Below are positions 48,751-60,303 of a stretch of 64,000 bases of DNA, piece after piece. Origin of the DNA: Octopus sinensis. Lineage: Eukaryota. Within the stretch, counting starts at the first letter, position 1. The number at the start of each line of letters is the position of its first letter. The stretch is from the NCBI RefSeq assembly GCF_006345805.1, contig NC_043009.1:52390001-52454000 (forward strand), written 5' to 3'. The translations under genes were made by a program, and so were the position numbers. The notes beneath the pieces were generated by a model. It saw only the letters and a list, made by a program, of their open reading frames with translations. It did no database searches and was not told the DNA's origin.

Positions 48751-49371
48751 TCACACTTACATACATAGAAATGTATGTATATGCTTACACACGCTTACAC
48801 ATATATACATATATGCATTAACTATATTCAACAAAGCGATAAGAAATACACATTCTTTGAAGATAATTAAACGTATTGTCTACGTAAGCCATATTTTCTT
48901 TTCATTCTATATTTATTTCTTGCTATATTTATTTATCTCAATAATATATCTCCACAAAATCTCGAAACTCCTTTGTCAACACTTTCCTAAGGACTAAGAC
49001 TGACTGAAAGATTAAAAAAATAAAAGTAAAACTAATAGAATATAACAAAAATCGACGACAATACACATCAGATGAAATAAGCTGATTCTATCGTTTGTAC
49101 TATTGTATATAGTGTTTGGTGAAATAACAATATGTTTGGTTTAAGCAGAAATTTAAAGAGCAGGTATGGGAGGGAGGAGTCGTCTCATCACCATGTCTAC
49201 AGAAGCCGCAGCCAATGAAGATTGTACACTAAAAATAGTAGCCAAATCCAGCTTAAATTACAGCATCGCATCTTCAGTATGTGTGTACATGCATGCTTGT
49301 ATGCATAGGTTTGATTTTATAGCGGTATGCATACGCGCATGCGTGTAAATAAATATATATATATATATATA

Positions 49372-49880
49372 CTAGCTTAAAAAACGGAATTTTGAGTTAG
49401 CCTATGCAGATGGCTAATTGGGACTGCGCCCCAAAACTAAAAAGAGAAATAATGAAAAAGCATTCATTGGTATGCTACTATCTCAGATTTATATCGGAGA
49501 GTATCGCATTTGGAGAATTTTGGATCATTGTGACATTAGGAGATCATTGTAAAGCAGTAGAATAAACAATATTCTTGATCTTACCATTTGATGTGAATAT
49601 GAAAAGATTGTTGTAATTTCCAAATCTAGAACAATCAACATAGACTTGTCCATATGAAATCCAACAATTCTGATGGATTGTCCTTGACTCTTGTTCATTA
49701 AGATTTCAAAACTATCTCTCTCTGGAAATTGGAGTCTCTTGAATTTAAAAAAAGCATGTCTGCTGGGATCAGTGGTGTTCTTGAAACAAACACATTTTAT
49801 TCCTCTCCTTGTCCAAAAGATCTCGATGCATTTGCGTGACAAATTGTGTTGTTCCACTCCACAGATTTGGGCATCCAAAT
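49372..49880 (-). mobile_element. Helitron 3' end with PIF1-like helicase C-terminus
   Basis: FKFKRLQFPERDSFEILMNKSQGQSIRIVG, then GQVYVDCSRFG...KIKNIVY in a shifted frame; hairpin TTAGCC..GGCTAA and terminal CTAG|T (plus strand 49372-49375). Confidence 0.85.
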
Positions 49881-50711
49881 TTATCAACAAGCAAGTGTAC
49901 TTGTTTAACGATCGGGAAAGTTTGACATTTCCAGCCTACGCTCTTCGACAGAAAGTATTAAGAGGAAAAAAGATGGAGAGAGAACGAAAACAAAAATGGA
50001 CTGAGAAAATAATGCGTAGGGATTAACGATTCAACATGTACGTATGGATTTATGTATGTATACACATATATATGTATGTGTGTGTGAGTGTGTGTGTGTG
50101 AATGTTTGTTTGCATTTAATTATCTGCATGTATGTGTAACGAGAACAAAAACTGGAGTTATTGGTATTACCTTTATTGTTAGGTTACGACCGTTTCATCA
50201 ACAGATGGGTCAGATAGATCTCTTAACGTGGTGGAAAACATGCAACCACCAATATAAATAGTAATTTATACAGAAAGGTTCTAATTGAAAGGGCAGTACT
50301 TTGAACAATTGAAGAAACCAAATGATTTGGCTAAAATGCCTTTGGACAGTTGTACACTTGTGTGCTGAATAAACAATAGTAATAACAAAATAAAGATTGA
50401 GCCACTAAGTAAACGTCTTACCATCTTGAAATAACAGTCAAATGTCTCTCAGACTAAGTACACTCTGTTTTGTTAAGAGTACAGTTGGAAGCGTTTTCAT
50501 AGAGATGCCAAAAATCCTGACCAGTCAAGAACTGAATGATTTTGATTGGAGGTGTGCTAGATAATACAGAGCGATTATGTAAATAGCAGTGGCAACAACA
50601 GATCTGTATTCGTTTATCTGATAAACTGCAAATATGTTGTCGATATGAATTTCGCCTTAAATTTTTTACCAAAAGCACGCCATTAATATTCCCTTTCCGA
50701 CACAATGTAAA

Positions 50712-51124
50712 TGGTTATGTGATAAGAAGCTTGCTTCTTAGCCAAATGGTTCCGGGTTCAGTTCCAGAGCATGACACCTTGGGCAAGTGTGTTTTACTAT
50801 AGGCTCGGACCGACCAATGATTTCTGATCGGATTTGCTAGATGGAAACTGAAAGCTCGTTCTAAGCACAGACACCCACACATATATACACACACACTTAT
50901 ATATCTTTGTGCCTTCGTGTCTATGTTTGTCCCCCACCAGCGTTTGACAAACAGTGATGGTGTGTTTAGGTTCCCATAATTTAGCGGTTCGGGAAAAACA
51001 AGTCTTATATAAATAAGTACCAGGCGTAACAAATTGTACTGAGGTTGATTCATTCGACTAAAAATTCTTCAAGGCGGTGCTCCAGAATGGGCGCAGTCTT
51101 ATAACTAAAACAAATAAAAGATAA
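50712..51124 (+). mobile_element. SINE family B, diverged, near full length
   Basis: GGTTCCGGGTTCAG...ACCTTGGGCAAGTG...GATGGAAACTGAAAG...AAGGCGGTGCTCCAG. Confidence 0.85.
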
Positions 51125-51223
51125 ATGTAGTTAACGTTGCTGAAACTATGGTCGAATTTTCGTATAATTATTGCCTAATTTACTACATTACTACATTTTG
51201 TACCGACAAGAATAATTCAAAGT

Positions 51224-51410
51224 AGACGTAGGAGTGGAGGTGTGGTAAGTAGCTTGCTTACGAACAACATGGTTCTGAGTTCAGTCCCACTGCGTGGCAC
51301 CTTGGGCAGGTGACTTCTACTATACCCTCGGGCCGACCAAAGCCTTGTGAGTGGATTTGATAGACGGAAACTGAAAGAAGCCTATCGTATATTTGTATAT
51401 ATATATATAT

Positions 51411-51459
<49 letters not shown>

Positions 51460-51672
51460 ATTTTGTGCGTCTGTATTTATCCCCCCGCCCCAACATCACT
51501 TGACAACCGATGCTGGTGTGTTTACGTCCCCGTATCTTAGCGGTTTGGCTAAAGAGACCGATAGAATAGGTACTAGGCTTACAAAGAATAAGTTCTGGGG
51601 TCGATTTGCTCGACTAAAGGCAGTGCTCCAGCATGGCCGCAGTCGAATGACTGAAACAAGTAAACAGAATAA
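51224..51672 (+). mobile_element. SINE family B, full length (head, internal (TA)n(TG)n, tail)
   Basis: A box TGTGGTAAGTAGC, B box GAGTTCAGTCCC, CCTTGGGCAGGTGAC CORE-like motif, tail ending CAGCATGGCCGCAGTCGAATGACTGAAACAAGTAAA. Confidence 0.93.
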
Positions 51673-51700
51673 AAACATTTCCTATTAATGAAAAAAAACA

Positions 51701-51909
51701 TCTGTTGTACAAAAGAACAATTCTACCACGTAGACAGAACCCATGGCTGACAAAAAGGCAAAACTGATTCATAGTCGCGGCTAGGTCCACGCGTACGTGG
51801 CCGACACCGCCCGCTTAGTTTCGTGCTTTCGATTTCACGCACGGTTCGGCGGTGGAGACGCGGGCGACCGGCGCAGGCCTTGCGCAGGCCTGCCGCTACA
51901 TCGCGCTAG
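51701..51909 (+). mobile_element. Putative complete 209-bp non-autonomous Helitron
   Basis: A|TCTGTTGTACAAAAG 5' end; GCAGGCCT-TGCGC-AGGCCTGC hairpin (51873-51893) 12 nt before CTAG|T; no TSD; GC/CpG-rich. Confidence 0.7.
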
Positions 51910-52696
51910 TCAAAACTTGGAACGTTTTTGTACTTAAAATTCACATTGCATTTTCTCTACTGTATACATCCAGAATAACTCAATATTCTTTTATTATCGT
52001 TCAATGCATACGATAAAACAGTAAGCAAGATTCGATCTTTCATTTTGTAACTTTACATTAAATGATAAATAATTAATTCCACCCCGAAAATGTAAAAAAT
52101 GTAAATTATTCTGTCAGACAAAATCACTAGGATCAGGAACATGAGCTGAAGCAAAAAATACTGTATTTCAATTATTAATATATCACATGCTATCAATTTA
52201 TATCTGATATTTGATAATTACAGTAGCATAATTTAAATACATTATCAATCAAGTCTTACTCTCAATGTAATTATACTTTATTTGCCGAATGCAGTATTTT
52301 AACAAGCATATCAATTATATTCATATTAATCAAAATTAAAGCTCGAATTTTTCTTAATTACTCAATTTTTTTCTAAAAAAGCAAAATAAATATTTAAATT
52401 CAAACCTAGGAAAAATTACATACAGAAAATTATACAGCGTTGTAGGGAAACTGTGAGCAGCAGATTTTCAAGATATCTTAAATTATTTAACAAAATTCGT
52501 ACTGATTCTACTGAATTTATTGAAATATAGCTGTCAGTAAACTGTAGCCTGTTTGTCTCTCAAATTTAGCTTGAAGTCAAGTAATGTTTATAAGTGTTTA
52601 TATTAATAAAAAAAATATTATAGCCTTTTAACGGCTAAAAAAAACAGTATTATTTTACTACTTAATGGCCGACTGATTGAACAGTTTTATATAATA

Positions 52697-53330
52697 CTAG
52701 CAATGCATCCCGGCGTTGCCCGAGTTTTATGACCTACAGCCACATTGTATTATTTGTTCAGTTCTTATAGGCAGAATCAGCACAGCTGATTTATAGTGAA
52801 CTGGATTATTGACGTATTAAAAGTTATTGTATGTTTAAAAGTGAAAGAGGATGGTACAATTTGCATGGGTTTGCATGATCAATTTTGCAAGAACAATTTT
52901 GCCAAGAAATCACGTTTTAAAATTTTTGATTCCCCCGCGTCACCACCGCAATTTCTTAATTTGTAACTTTTTTCCAATTTTTTTTTCATCCACGGAGAAA
53001 AATACTGAGATTACGAATCTGGGAAATATATATATAAAGTTTAATTTTCTCTTTTTTTTCTTGAAGAAACACTCAATGCCCCTTTTGAGTGGTTCTTTAT
53101 GAAAAAAGGAATAAGGAAATTCATAAAGATTTGAATTCATAAAATTTGAAAATTGTAAAAATGAAGAAATTGGGGTGGAGAGGGATAAAATTAAAATATT
53201 GAGAACGTGTTTGTTCGGCTAAATCCTAATCTGTATCGAAAACACAGGAATCGGGAGAAATATAGGAAAAAATAAGCAGGGTGCTAAAAGCAACACGTAA
53301 AGGAATGGATTTCTGAAAAGACATTTTTAA
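52697..53330 (-). mobile_element. Non-autonomous Helitron-like element, 3' end clear, 5' end unclear
   Basis: Minus strand CTCGGGCAACGCCGGG hairpin, 8 nt spacer, CTAG|T (plus strand 52697-52700). Confidence 0.6.
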
Positions 53331-53850
53331 TACGCTTATCACTAACACAAATTACAAAATAGAAAAAGGTCATTTCAATTGGATTTGAGCTCTAATTTTG
53401 CGCATGCACACAGCAAGGAATCACATAATTCATACAGAAGTTTTACCTAGAGTGTGTATGTGCACCCGTGCGCGTATTTGTGTGTGTGTGTATGTGTGTG
53501 TGTGTGTACCAAAGTAAGATATTTTAGGCATTTTTTCATTTGAAACTTCAAAGTTGTCAACACGACCATATGGGATCATATGCTTGCTCGTTAACTTCTG
53601 TAAATTTTTTTATATCTTTATGCTTTGAAGAGAGTAGAAATTGAAAGATAGGAAAAAGTGAAAAGGTGACATTTGCTCTGAAGTGAGAAAAGAAAGTGAG
53701 AGAAGAAAGTAAAAGATTATGTACATGCATATGAAATAGACGCGTGTGTATGTATGTGAGCGTGTGTACGTGTACATGTGAGAGAGTTAGTGACTGAAGG
53801 TGTGTATTGACATGTATGTATTTTTTGCATGCATGTGTAAGTGGCACTCC

Positions 53851-53882
<32 letters not shown>

Positions 53883-54256
53883 TACATTATCTATCATATA
53901 CACATATAGAAATATATATGCATGCATCTTTTTTGTATATGTGTGCGTGTGTGTAAGAGAGAGATAGGGTGAGTGACTGTAATTCCTCATAACATAGAGA
54001 AATGGATCCTTTAATGACACTTTTTGGGTGTAGCTTATTTTAATACAATATTTATGTGTAAATTTTTATAAATGTTTGTTTGAGTAGAATACGCATGCGT
54101 GAAACAGCGAACGAAAGTGAAACATTACAACTAAATCGAAATATTGCCCGCGAATGACCTCAAAATTGGGCAACCCAACCTCGTTTCCGAGGTTATTTTA
54201 GTAGTAAAAAAAAGAGTTATTGTGCCAAGCACATAGTTTATTTGATAGCCTTTATA

Positions 54257-54860
54257 TTGGGTCATCTCATAAATAATGCAGTTTTTTATTTTTCAAAATT
54301 AAGATAAACGAAGATATTTTTTAATCTAAAATATACTCTCCTTCATTTTCTACAATGCCCTTCCATCTAGCTAGTAGACTTACAAGGCCCCTCTACCAAA
54401 CCTCACTTCTCCGTAACGAAAAATACTTCTCCAGTACTGTTCTGACGTCGTCTACTGAATTCATATTTTTTCTGTCCAAATGATTTTGAAGACTGCGAAA
54501 TACATGATAATTAGATGGGACAATGTCTGGCGAATATGGTGGGTGGGGCCTCGTTTCCCATTCAAACTGCTCCAGCCTTTAGAATGTCATCTTCGCTGTA
54601 TGTGCCCGAGCATTATCCTGATGGAGGAACACCTTTCGTCTTGAACCAAAGATGGTCATTTTCCTTCTAGCGCTGACTTGAGTGACTGGATGAATGACGA
54701 AATCCAAGCAACTCTGTTGGTTCCTCAATAGTTACGATGGGATTTTGTTCCACCAAAGTTTGCAGGATGTCCTCGTCAAGCTCTACAGATCTTCCATGAC
54801 GGGGCTCGTCTTCTAAACTGTAGTTTCCGGCTCTCATTTATACTGCACTCAACAAAACTT
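54257..54860 (-). mobile_element. Internally deleted mariner (DD34D) remnant with 3' TIR
   Basis: LEDEPRHGR...FLHQDNARAHTA...HPPYSPDIVPSNYHVFRSLQNHL...RWKGIVENEGEYILD*; TA-TTGGGTCATCTCATAAATAATGCAG TIR at 54255. Confidence 0.9.
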
Positions 54861-54869
54861 GAGTTCATC

Positions 54870-55470
54870 ACTTCAGAGGCAAAGCGATAATCCATACAAG
54901 AGAAACACTCCTCCTCACCTGCTTTAAGGAAGGCCAAGGGGGATTAATCTTTGGAAAAAGTGATGACCTCATTTCTCTGAGGATGCAAAAGGTATTGTGT
55001 TTATTGACTATCTTTAAAAGTGCCACACCCTCAACGGAGAGTACTATGCCAAAATACTGAAGCAATTAGAAAAGGCTATCAAGAACAAAGGTCGATGAAA
55101 ACTGATGAAAGGTGTCTTGTTTCATCAGAACAATGCTCCAGTGCACAGGTCCTTGGTTCCAATGGTTGTTGTGCAGGGCTAAGGCTTTCAAGTGTCTGAT
55201 AATACTCCCTATTCTCCTCATTTACCCCTATACGAACAACGCTTGCTTGAGAACCAGTATCACAGTGATGATGACGTCATAGCTACTGTTGTTGAACTTT
55301 TTCACTTATAGGATGAAAACCTCTCCATGAATAGGATCCAAACGCTGCAACACCGATGGAAGAAGTATGTGGACTGCAAGGAGGGAAATATGTGGAAAAA
55401 TAAACCTCATATGGTCGCATTATATGCGATTATCTTAATTATCTTATGAGCTTTTCAGCATACCCTCGTG
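54870..55470 (+). mobile_element. Second mariner remnant (Himar1/irritans-like), 3' half with TIR
   Basis: DAKGIVFIDYL*KCHTLNGEYYAKIL...KGVLFHQNNAPVH...PYSP; ends CTTTTCAGCATACCCTCGT. Confidence 0.85.
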
Positions 55471-55586
55471 ATATTCATTGTTGTAAGTTTCCCATGACTT
55501 TAAGAGATTTATCGGATCCAAGTTTTGATGGAACGATTGCAACCTAAAAGTAGATGTGATCCCGATGACTCCAGTTTTTGTTCTCG

Positions 55587-55644
<58 letters not shown>

Positions 55645-56013
55645 GCACGCACACACATTCTACCTCTTTTCCTTTCATCACCGATAAAATAAAGTACCAA
55701 TCATGTACATGGGCAGACGTAATCGACTAAACCAGCTCTTTAAACCGCTGGTATTGTGTTGCAATTCGAAGTCATTGTATATCGATCAGGGTATTTCATG
55801 GCTGGATGAATATGTGGTAGAATACAAAGTGATGTTAGGACGAAAATAACAGGTTTCGTTTCCCTCAGACCGGTAGAACTGAATTCAAAGAACCGAGTCT
55901 CCCAGGGCCACGTTAGTATTACTAAAATTAATAAAGATAAAAGCTAGATAATGGCAATGATGATTAAAAATTGCAATAAATTTCACGAAGACGCCGAAGA
56001 CGAGAACGAAGAA

Positions 56014-56586
56014 AGACGACGACGACGACGATGATGATGATGATGATGATTATGATGATGATGATGATGACGATGAAGATGATGATGATGATGACGATGA
56101 CGATGATGACGATGATGATTATGATGATGATGATGATGATGGCGGTGATGATGATGATGATGATGACGATGACGATGATGATGATGATGATGATGACGAT
56201 GACGATGATGACGATGATGATGATGGCGATGATGATGATGATGATGACGATGAAGATGATGATGATGATGACGATGACGATGATGACGATGATGATTATG
56301 ATGATGATGATGATGATGGCGGTGATGATGATGATGATGATGATGATGACGATGAAGATGATGATGATGATGACGATGACGATGATGACGATGATGATGA
56401 TGGCGATGATGATGTCGACGATGATGATTACGATGGTGATGCTGATGATGGCGGTGATGATGATGGTGATGATAATGATTATGGCGATGATGATGATGAT
56501 GGCGATAATGATGATGATGATGATGATGGTGATAGTGATGGCGAAGATTATTATGATGATGGCCATCATTGTGCGGCTGATGTCGA

Positions 56587-56620
<34 letters not shown>

Positions 56621-56640
56621 CAACGACAACGACAGCAACG
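56014..56640. repeat. ~630-bp (GAT)n array with recurring variant blocks
   Basis: Directly visible; block GACGATGAAGATGATGATGATGATGACGATGACGATGATGACG recurs about three times. Confidence 0.95.
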
Positions 56641-56799
56641 CCATCAATAACAGTCATGCGTCATTTAGCTACAGGCTAAATGGAACTTCTTAAAACGTAA
56701 AGATTCCAATAAAATAAAATAGGCAGAAAAATCGCTATCAAATAAAGAAACAAAGAAAGAAGGAAAATAAATTATGAATATATAAGTAAATAAATATAT

Positions 56800-56806
56800 A
56801 GAAGGA

Positions 56807-56872
<66 letters not shown>

Positions 56873-56905
56873 GTAGAAAGAACGAAAGAAAGAAAGAAAG
56901 AGTGA
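56800..56905. repeat. (AAAG)n microsatellite
   Basis: Directly visible. Confidence 0.95.
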
Positions 56906-57289
56906 TAGAACGGACAAACATAAAAAAAAAACAAAGAAAAAAGAGTTATTTTACCAAGAAAAGAAAGGAAAGAAAAAAATGACTAGGACACTTGAGACAA
57001 AATGACGACTCAACAATCATTGTATAAACAACAACAATAAGAAGAAGAAGAAGAAGAACAACAACAACAATAACAACTATGGCAAAAGCATTGCCAAAAC
57101 AGTAACAAAAAAAAAATTAAAATTAATAATTGTTTCCATCTTTACATAGAGACTTATTGAAGAAGTAAAAAAAAAAAAGAAATCATTATTACCTTTTTTA
57201 TTATTATTTTTTTTGTTTTTATCTCGAAACGTTTTTCACAAGATTCTTATCAATGCATCAATTTGTGACAAACAATATATGAATAATGT

Positions 57290-57317
57290 ATGTATGTTTA
57301 TATGTATATACATATGT

Positions 57318-57356
<39 letters not shown>

Positions 57357-57595
57357 CATATATATATATATATTATATATATTATATATATACATATATA
57401 TATATATAATATATATATACATATATATATATATATAATATATATATATATGTATGTATATACATATGTATATATATATATGTATGTATATATATATATT
57501 ATACATATATGTATTATATATATATATATATATTCATATGTGTCTGACTCTCTCTCTCTTTTAAGATATATAAATGCGTGTGTATCTATATATGC

Positions 57596-57647
<52 letters not shown>

Positions 57648-57650
57648 ATT
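57290..57650. repeat. (TA)n/(TG)n microsatellites
   Basis: Directly visible. Confidence 0.9.
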
Positions 57651-58279
57651 AAGGCATGCATTTATATGTAAGGAGTAAAATGAAAAAACAAAAACAAGAA
57701 CTGCTGGAAAATATCATTTTAATTAACAAAAACTTAAAGAAAATTATATAAAAGAAATAAATATGAAAAAATAATTTTTTTTTTTTCGAAAAATCGTCTA
57801 AACAACTCTTTATTCTTCTATATACCTGTGAGAGAATCAGTCTTGAAATATAATAAAAGCAGAATTTAGTAATTGTTTCTAATTCAACATTGTTTCTTTA
57901 TAACACTGCTATCCACATGCTTCATGTCACAAGACCTGAGTAGTCTGGATGAGTATGAAATTGGAAAAGAAAACAACCGTAGGAGAAAAAAAAAAGAAAA
58001 AACAAAAAGCATACACGCACGCACCTGTATATAAACTTAATACACAAACGTAACAGAATATTAATGGAGTGGAAGATTCTTAGGCGCACCCACACAAATT
58101 GCTCTGAGTTATTATTTCGATATTTCGCTTTACATGCTGAGCTCTAGTTCCACCAGCGTCTAATCAAAGTCAGACTTTTCTCCTTCCATATTTGATAAAA
58201 TGATATACCCGCGGGGCCAGTTTAATCGAATGTTCCATGCCATCCCATCCTTGGGGCATCATGGCAAACTATGTTATCA

Positions 58280-58280
58280 C

Positions 58281-58316
<36 letters not shown>

Positions 58317-58508
58317 CATCATCATCATCATCATGATTATTATCATCATCATCATCATTATCGTCATCATCATCATCGTCGTCGTTGTTGTTGTTATTTT
58401 ATTATTATTATTATTATTATTATCATCATCATCATCATCATGATTATTATCATCATCATCATCATTATCGTCATCATCATCATCGTCGTCGTCGTCGTTG
58501 TTGTTATT

Positions 58509-58557
<49 letters not shown>

Positions 58558-58636
58558 CATCATCATCATCATCATGATTATTATCATCATCATCATCATT
58601 ATCGTCATCATCATCATCGTCGTCGTTGTTGTGTTA

Positions 58637-58669
<33 letters not shown>

Positions 58670-58752
58670 CATCATCATCATCATCATGATTATTATCATC
58701 ATCATCATCATTATCGTCATCATCATCATCGTCGTCGTCGTCGTTGTTGTTA

Positions 58753-58815
<63 letters not shown>
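58280..58815. repeat. Four-unit higher-order repeat built from trinucleotide microsatellites
   Basis: Unit (ATT)n(ATC)5-6 ATG ATT ATT (ATC)5 ATT ATC GTC (ATC)4 (GTC)3-4 (GTT)2-3 ATTTT repeated 4 times. Confidence 0.9.
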
Positions 58816-58819
<4 letters not shown>

Positions 58820-59329
58820 TAGTTTTATTTTTATAGCGTGCTTTCACTTCACTACCGAGCGCAGCTCTATGTGCCTTGGGTATGTGCTGTGATTTGTTGT
58901 GATGCTCTAATGGTTACTGTATTTAAAGTGTTTTTGCGTAGGATGTGTGCAGTGCCCGGTAGTGCAATTTTCTGTATGTTATATATATTTATTAGTCCTG
59001 GTGGTTTTGTTATGTATTTGTCTGAATATTTTTTATCATACCTAATGCGCCTACTATGATAGGAATTGTTTCTGTTTATAGAGTTCACATTCGAGTTACC
59101 TCTATTACCAGGTCTTTGTATTTTGAAAGTTTCTCCATTTCTTTTAGAGACACGTTGTCATCTGCTGGTATTGATACATCAATTAGAAAGCCCATTTTTT
59201 CTTCATGATCTCTGACAACTATATCTGGCCTATTGGCCTTATTTGCCGCTATTTGTGCTAAAATCTTACACCTGTTTCTGTCCCATCGTTGCAGTATCTG
59301 CCCCTTTTTCATAACATTGGCTTGGTAAT

Positions 59330-59330
<1 letters not shown>
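58816..59330 (-). mobile_element. R4/Dong-type element, short 5'-truncated copy (RLE domain and 3' UTR) in (AAT)n
   Basis: KANRPDIVVRDHEEKMGFLIDVSIPADDNVSLKEMEKLSKYKDL (PD..D..EK-type nuclease) and IQKIALPGTAHILRKNTL; (AAT)n on both sides. Confidence 0.92.
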
Positions 59331-59386
<56 letters not shown>

Positions 59387-59387
<1 letters not shown>

Positions 59388-59600
59388 AGCGTCGAGCGGG
59401 CAGAAACGTTAGCACACCGGGCAAAATGCTTAGCGGCATTCCGTCCGTTTTCGTGTTCTGAGTTCACGTTCTGTCGAGGTTGACTTTGCCTTTCATCTAT
59501 TCGAGGTCGATAAATTAAGTAACAGAGAAACACTGGGGTTGATGTAATCGACTAGTCCCCTCCCACAAAATACCAGGCCTTGTGCATTTCGCAGAAATGC
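59387..59600 (+). mobile_element. SINE family A, moderately diverged
   Basis: GGCAGAAACGTTAGCACACCGGGCAAAATGC...GACTTTGCCTTTCATCTATTCGAGGTCGATAAATTAAG. Confidence 0.88.
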
Positions 59601-59622
59601 TCGTTGTTATTATTATTATTAT

Positions 59623-60177
59623 TGAGTGAGAGAGCAGTTCATGCCATCAAAGTGACACTGGGGTAAAATATACGAAGCCCAGTATACCCATCATGACTAC
59701 CCGTCTGATAAGGGTACACTAGGCACATGCATCACAACCATATGTGCGCGACATGGTGATCTCATATCAAAATAAACAGCACATGACCTTGCAGGTGGAG
59801 CCCAGTTAGAATTTTCTTCAGGTCGAGTAACCCATCCCACTCGAAAGGTCCCTGAATAAGGGTTGTTTAAGGATGTTGAACGAGACACCCATGTTTCCAC
59901 AGGTGAATTATTCAAACCCCAAAGAATCCCTCTCAACACATGGCTATGATGCTCCCCCACTACTCCTGCTCGTGATCAGAGAAGCACATATCGTCAGCTA
60001 CTAAGGGACATGCTAACTGGTTACGGTCAAACAACTGACAAGCAAATCTGTGGTATTGAGCAGAATATTTGCTGTAGCCCATCTTTTATACCAACACAAA
60101 ACAATGTACATGATAACACTTCCAATCAGTTAAGATCAGAAGCCATGACAGCCACTGCCTGGTACTGCATCAGGGCA
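59623..60177. mobile_element. Unclassified ~555-bp interspersed element (family D) bounded by (AAT)n
   Basis: Non-coding, AAT repeats on both sides; a second partial copy at 62818-62887 (CGTCTGATAAGGGTACAC.AGGCA.ATGCATCACAACCATATGTGCGC.ACATGGTGATCTCATA). Confidence 0.7.
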
Positions 60178-60218
60178 TTATTATTATTATTATATTATTA
60201 TATTATTATTTATTATTA

Positions 60219-60251
<33 letters not shown>

Positions 60252-60303
60252 CATTATTATTATTATCATTATTATTATTATCATTATTATTATTACTATT
60301 ATT

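Noticed and set aside
50180-50225. GAAAC-GGTC-GTA hammerhead-like half on minus strand
   Set aside because: Core reads CUGACCC and stem I does not pair.
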